DNA of 64,000 nucleotides from Chrysomallon squamiferum (Eukaryota > Animalia > Mollusca): contig CM022672.1 in assembly GCA_012295275.1 (NCBI GenBank), positions 29,822,001 through 29,886,000 of the forward strand, read 5' to 3'. A program made the position numbers and the translations under genes. The notes beneath the pieces were generated by a model. It saw only the letters and a list, made by a program, of their open reading frames with translations, was not told where the DNA came from and made no database searches. The stretch's first letter is position 1. The number at the start of each line of letters is the position of its first letter. Of the stretch, positions 62,618 to 64,000 are shown piece by piece.

Positions 62618-63058
62618 CAAATTTATTTTACATAATTATATACAAAGTTCTTGTATATGGTTTATCTTTGTTAATAATAAAGTATAGTAAAGTTATATAA
62701 ATTAATTTTCCTTTCTTAATACACTCATGACATCAAGTCTTACGTAATAATAACGATACCTTAAAATGTTAAATATTAGCAATAACTATTGATGAAATTA
62801 GTAATATATCCCACACCCAGTGATTCAATTCAGTTTTCCTGTATTTGTTTTTAACGTGTGTGTTTGTTTGTTTTTCTCAGACATCACCGGGACACCGTCA
62901 ACGCCCGTAGTTTTGTATCTGCACACAGAAACACGAAGCTGGAACGAGGCTAATTACCAATGTGAGAAAGACCAGCAGCGATTGGTTACTGTAAAGGACA
63001 GCGCTAAAAACCAGACTCTTTACGACATTGTTACTCAGTGGAAAACCGATCATGTTAT
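61577..63058 (+). CDS. Paralog C of the CTLD-PAN gene, exons 1-2 (continues beyond the window)
   Basis: Exons 61577-61622 (MIRYISLGFIFVIFQ) and 62881-63058, canonical GT-AG sites. Confidence 0.8.
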
Positions 63059-63184
63059 GTAAGAAGATATAATTAATATTTTGTATTTTAAATCTTTGGT
63101 CTTTTAAATTAGACCGTTAGTGTTGTTGAGAATCTTATATTAGTGTGTACTTTATTATTATCGTGAAGCATTATATCCAATGGA

Positions 63185-63233
<49 letters not shown>

Positions 63234-64000
63234 GTGTTTCTTGGTGTGTGTATGTGTGTGTGTGTTTTAATGTATTGTAGAATCACTCACATTGATTTGC
63301 TACGTAAGTTATTTTAAAGTGAAGATACAGATATAATGGCTTGACTCACAACTGTTTAATATTTAATATATACATTCAAAAGTAAACAATATATATTATT
63401 ATTATTGTTATTATCATTATCATCATAATTATTATTGTAATTGTTATTGTTGTTATTGTTATATTATTTTTTTATCAATTACATATTTTGTTGTTTTGTG
63501 TTATCATGATTATTATTATTATAATTATGGTAATAAAAATAAATAAATAAAATAGAAATAGAAATAAAATTACGTTCACAGGATTTCTATTAGGCGTTTT
63601 AATATATTCGTCTTAGTATCGAAAATATTCGCAAATCCGATTCGATTTTCTGAAACTTCAGTAATCAGACAACGACATCAACATTGCATTGACGTGCACG
63701 TAGAAAATACAAACCGACAGTATTGAAGCTTAATGTTCTTGCTTAAACAAAATTGTAAAAGTTTATGTGGTTTGCAGTATACAACAAAGTTGAAATATTT
63801 CTTACACGCAACAGAATACTGCTATTTCTAAAATCTTTATTGAAAATATTCTTTTATCACAATTTTACAAAGACTTCGTACTAATCCAGTCTAAATTGTT
63901 ATTGTTGTTGTTGTTGTTGTTCTCACTGTTGTTTTTATTGTTCATGACGATGGTGTTGATTTTAAATCTTTTATTTATTTATTTATTTGTTTGTTTATTA

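Overview
AT-rich, microsatellite-dense animal genomic DNA; a mollusc or other lophotrochozoan is inferred from the lectin C-terminal motif and TTAGGG-like repeats. It has one 200-N scaffold gap. In order: (1) a decayed Ty3/gypsy LTR retrotransposon on the minus strand (~1.5-5.2 kb) with both LTRs, a tRNA-Leu PBS and a PPT; (2) a ~5.1 kb satellite of 59-bp palindromic monomers with a 650-bp higher-order duplication; (3) weak, disrupted exon-like pieces on the minus strand (11.7-14.6 kb); (4) a near-identical ~2.64 kb tandem array in which each unit carries a U2 snRNA gene (minus) and a U1 snRNA gene (plus) transcribed divergently (5 U2, 4 U1), with a shared PSE-like element and TATA-like boxes; (5) two fragments of an L1/Tx1-type non-LTR retrotransposon, one with its intact 3' end fused inside an orphan U1 gene between nt 119 and 120; (6) three tandem paralogs of a six-coding-exon membrane protein gene (signal peptide, C-type lectin with EPN motif, PAN/Apple domain, Ser/Thr stalk, transmembrane helix; copy A complete, 452 aa), each preceded by a dead Tc1 transposase. 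Most entries in the ORF track are microsatellite or snRNA artefacts. All alignments were done by eye.
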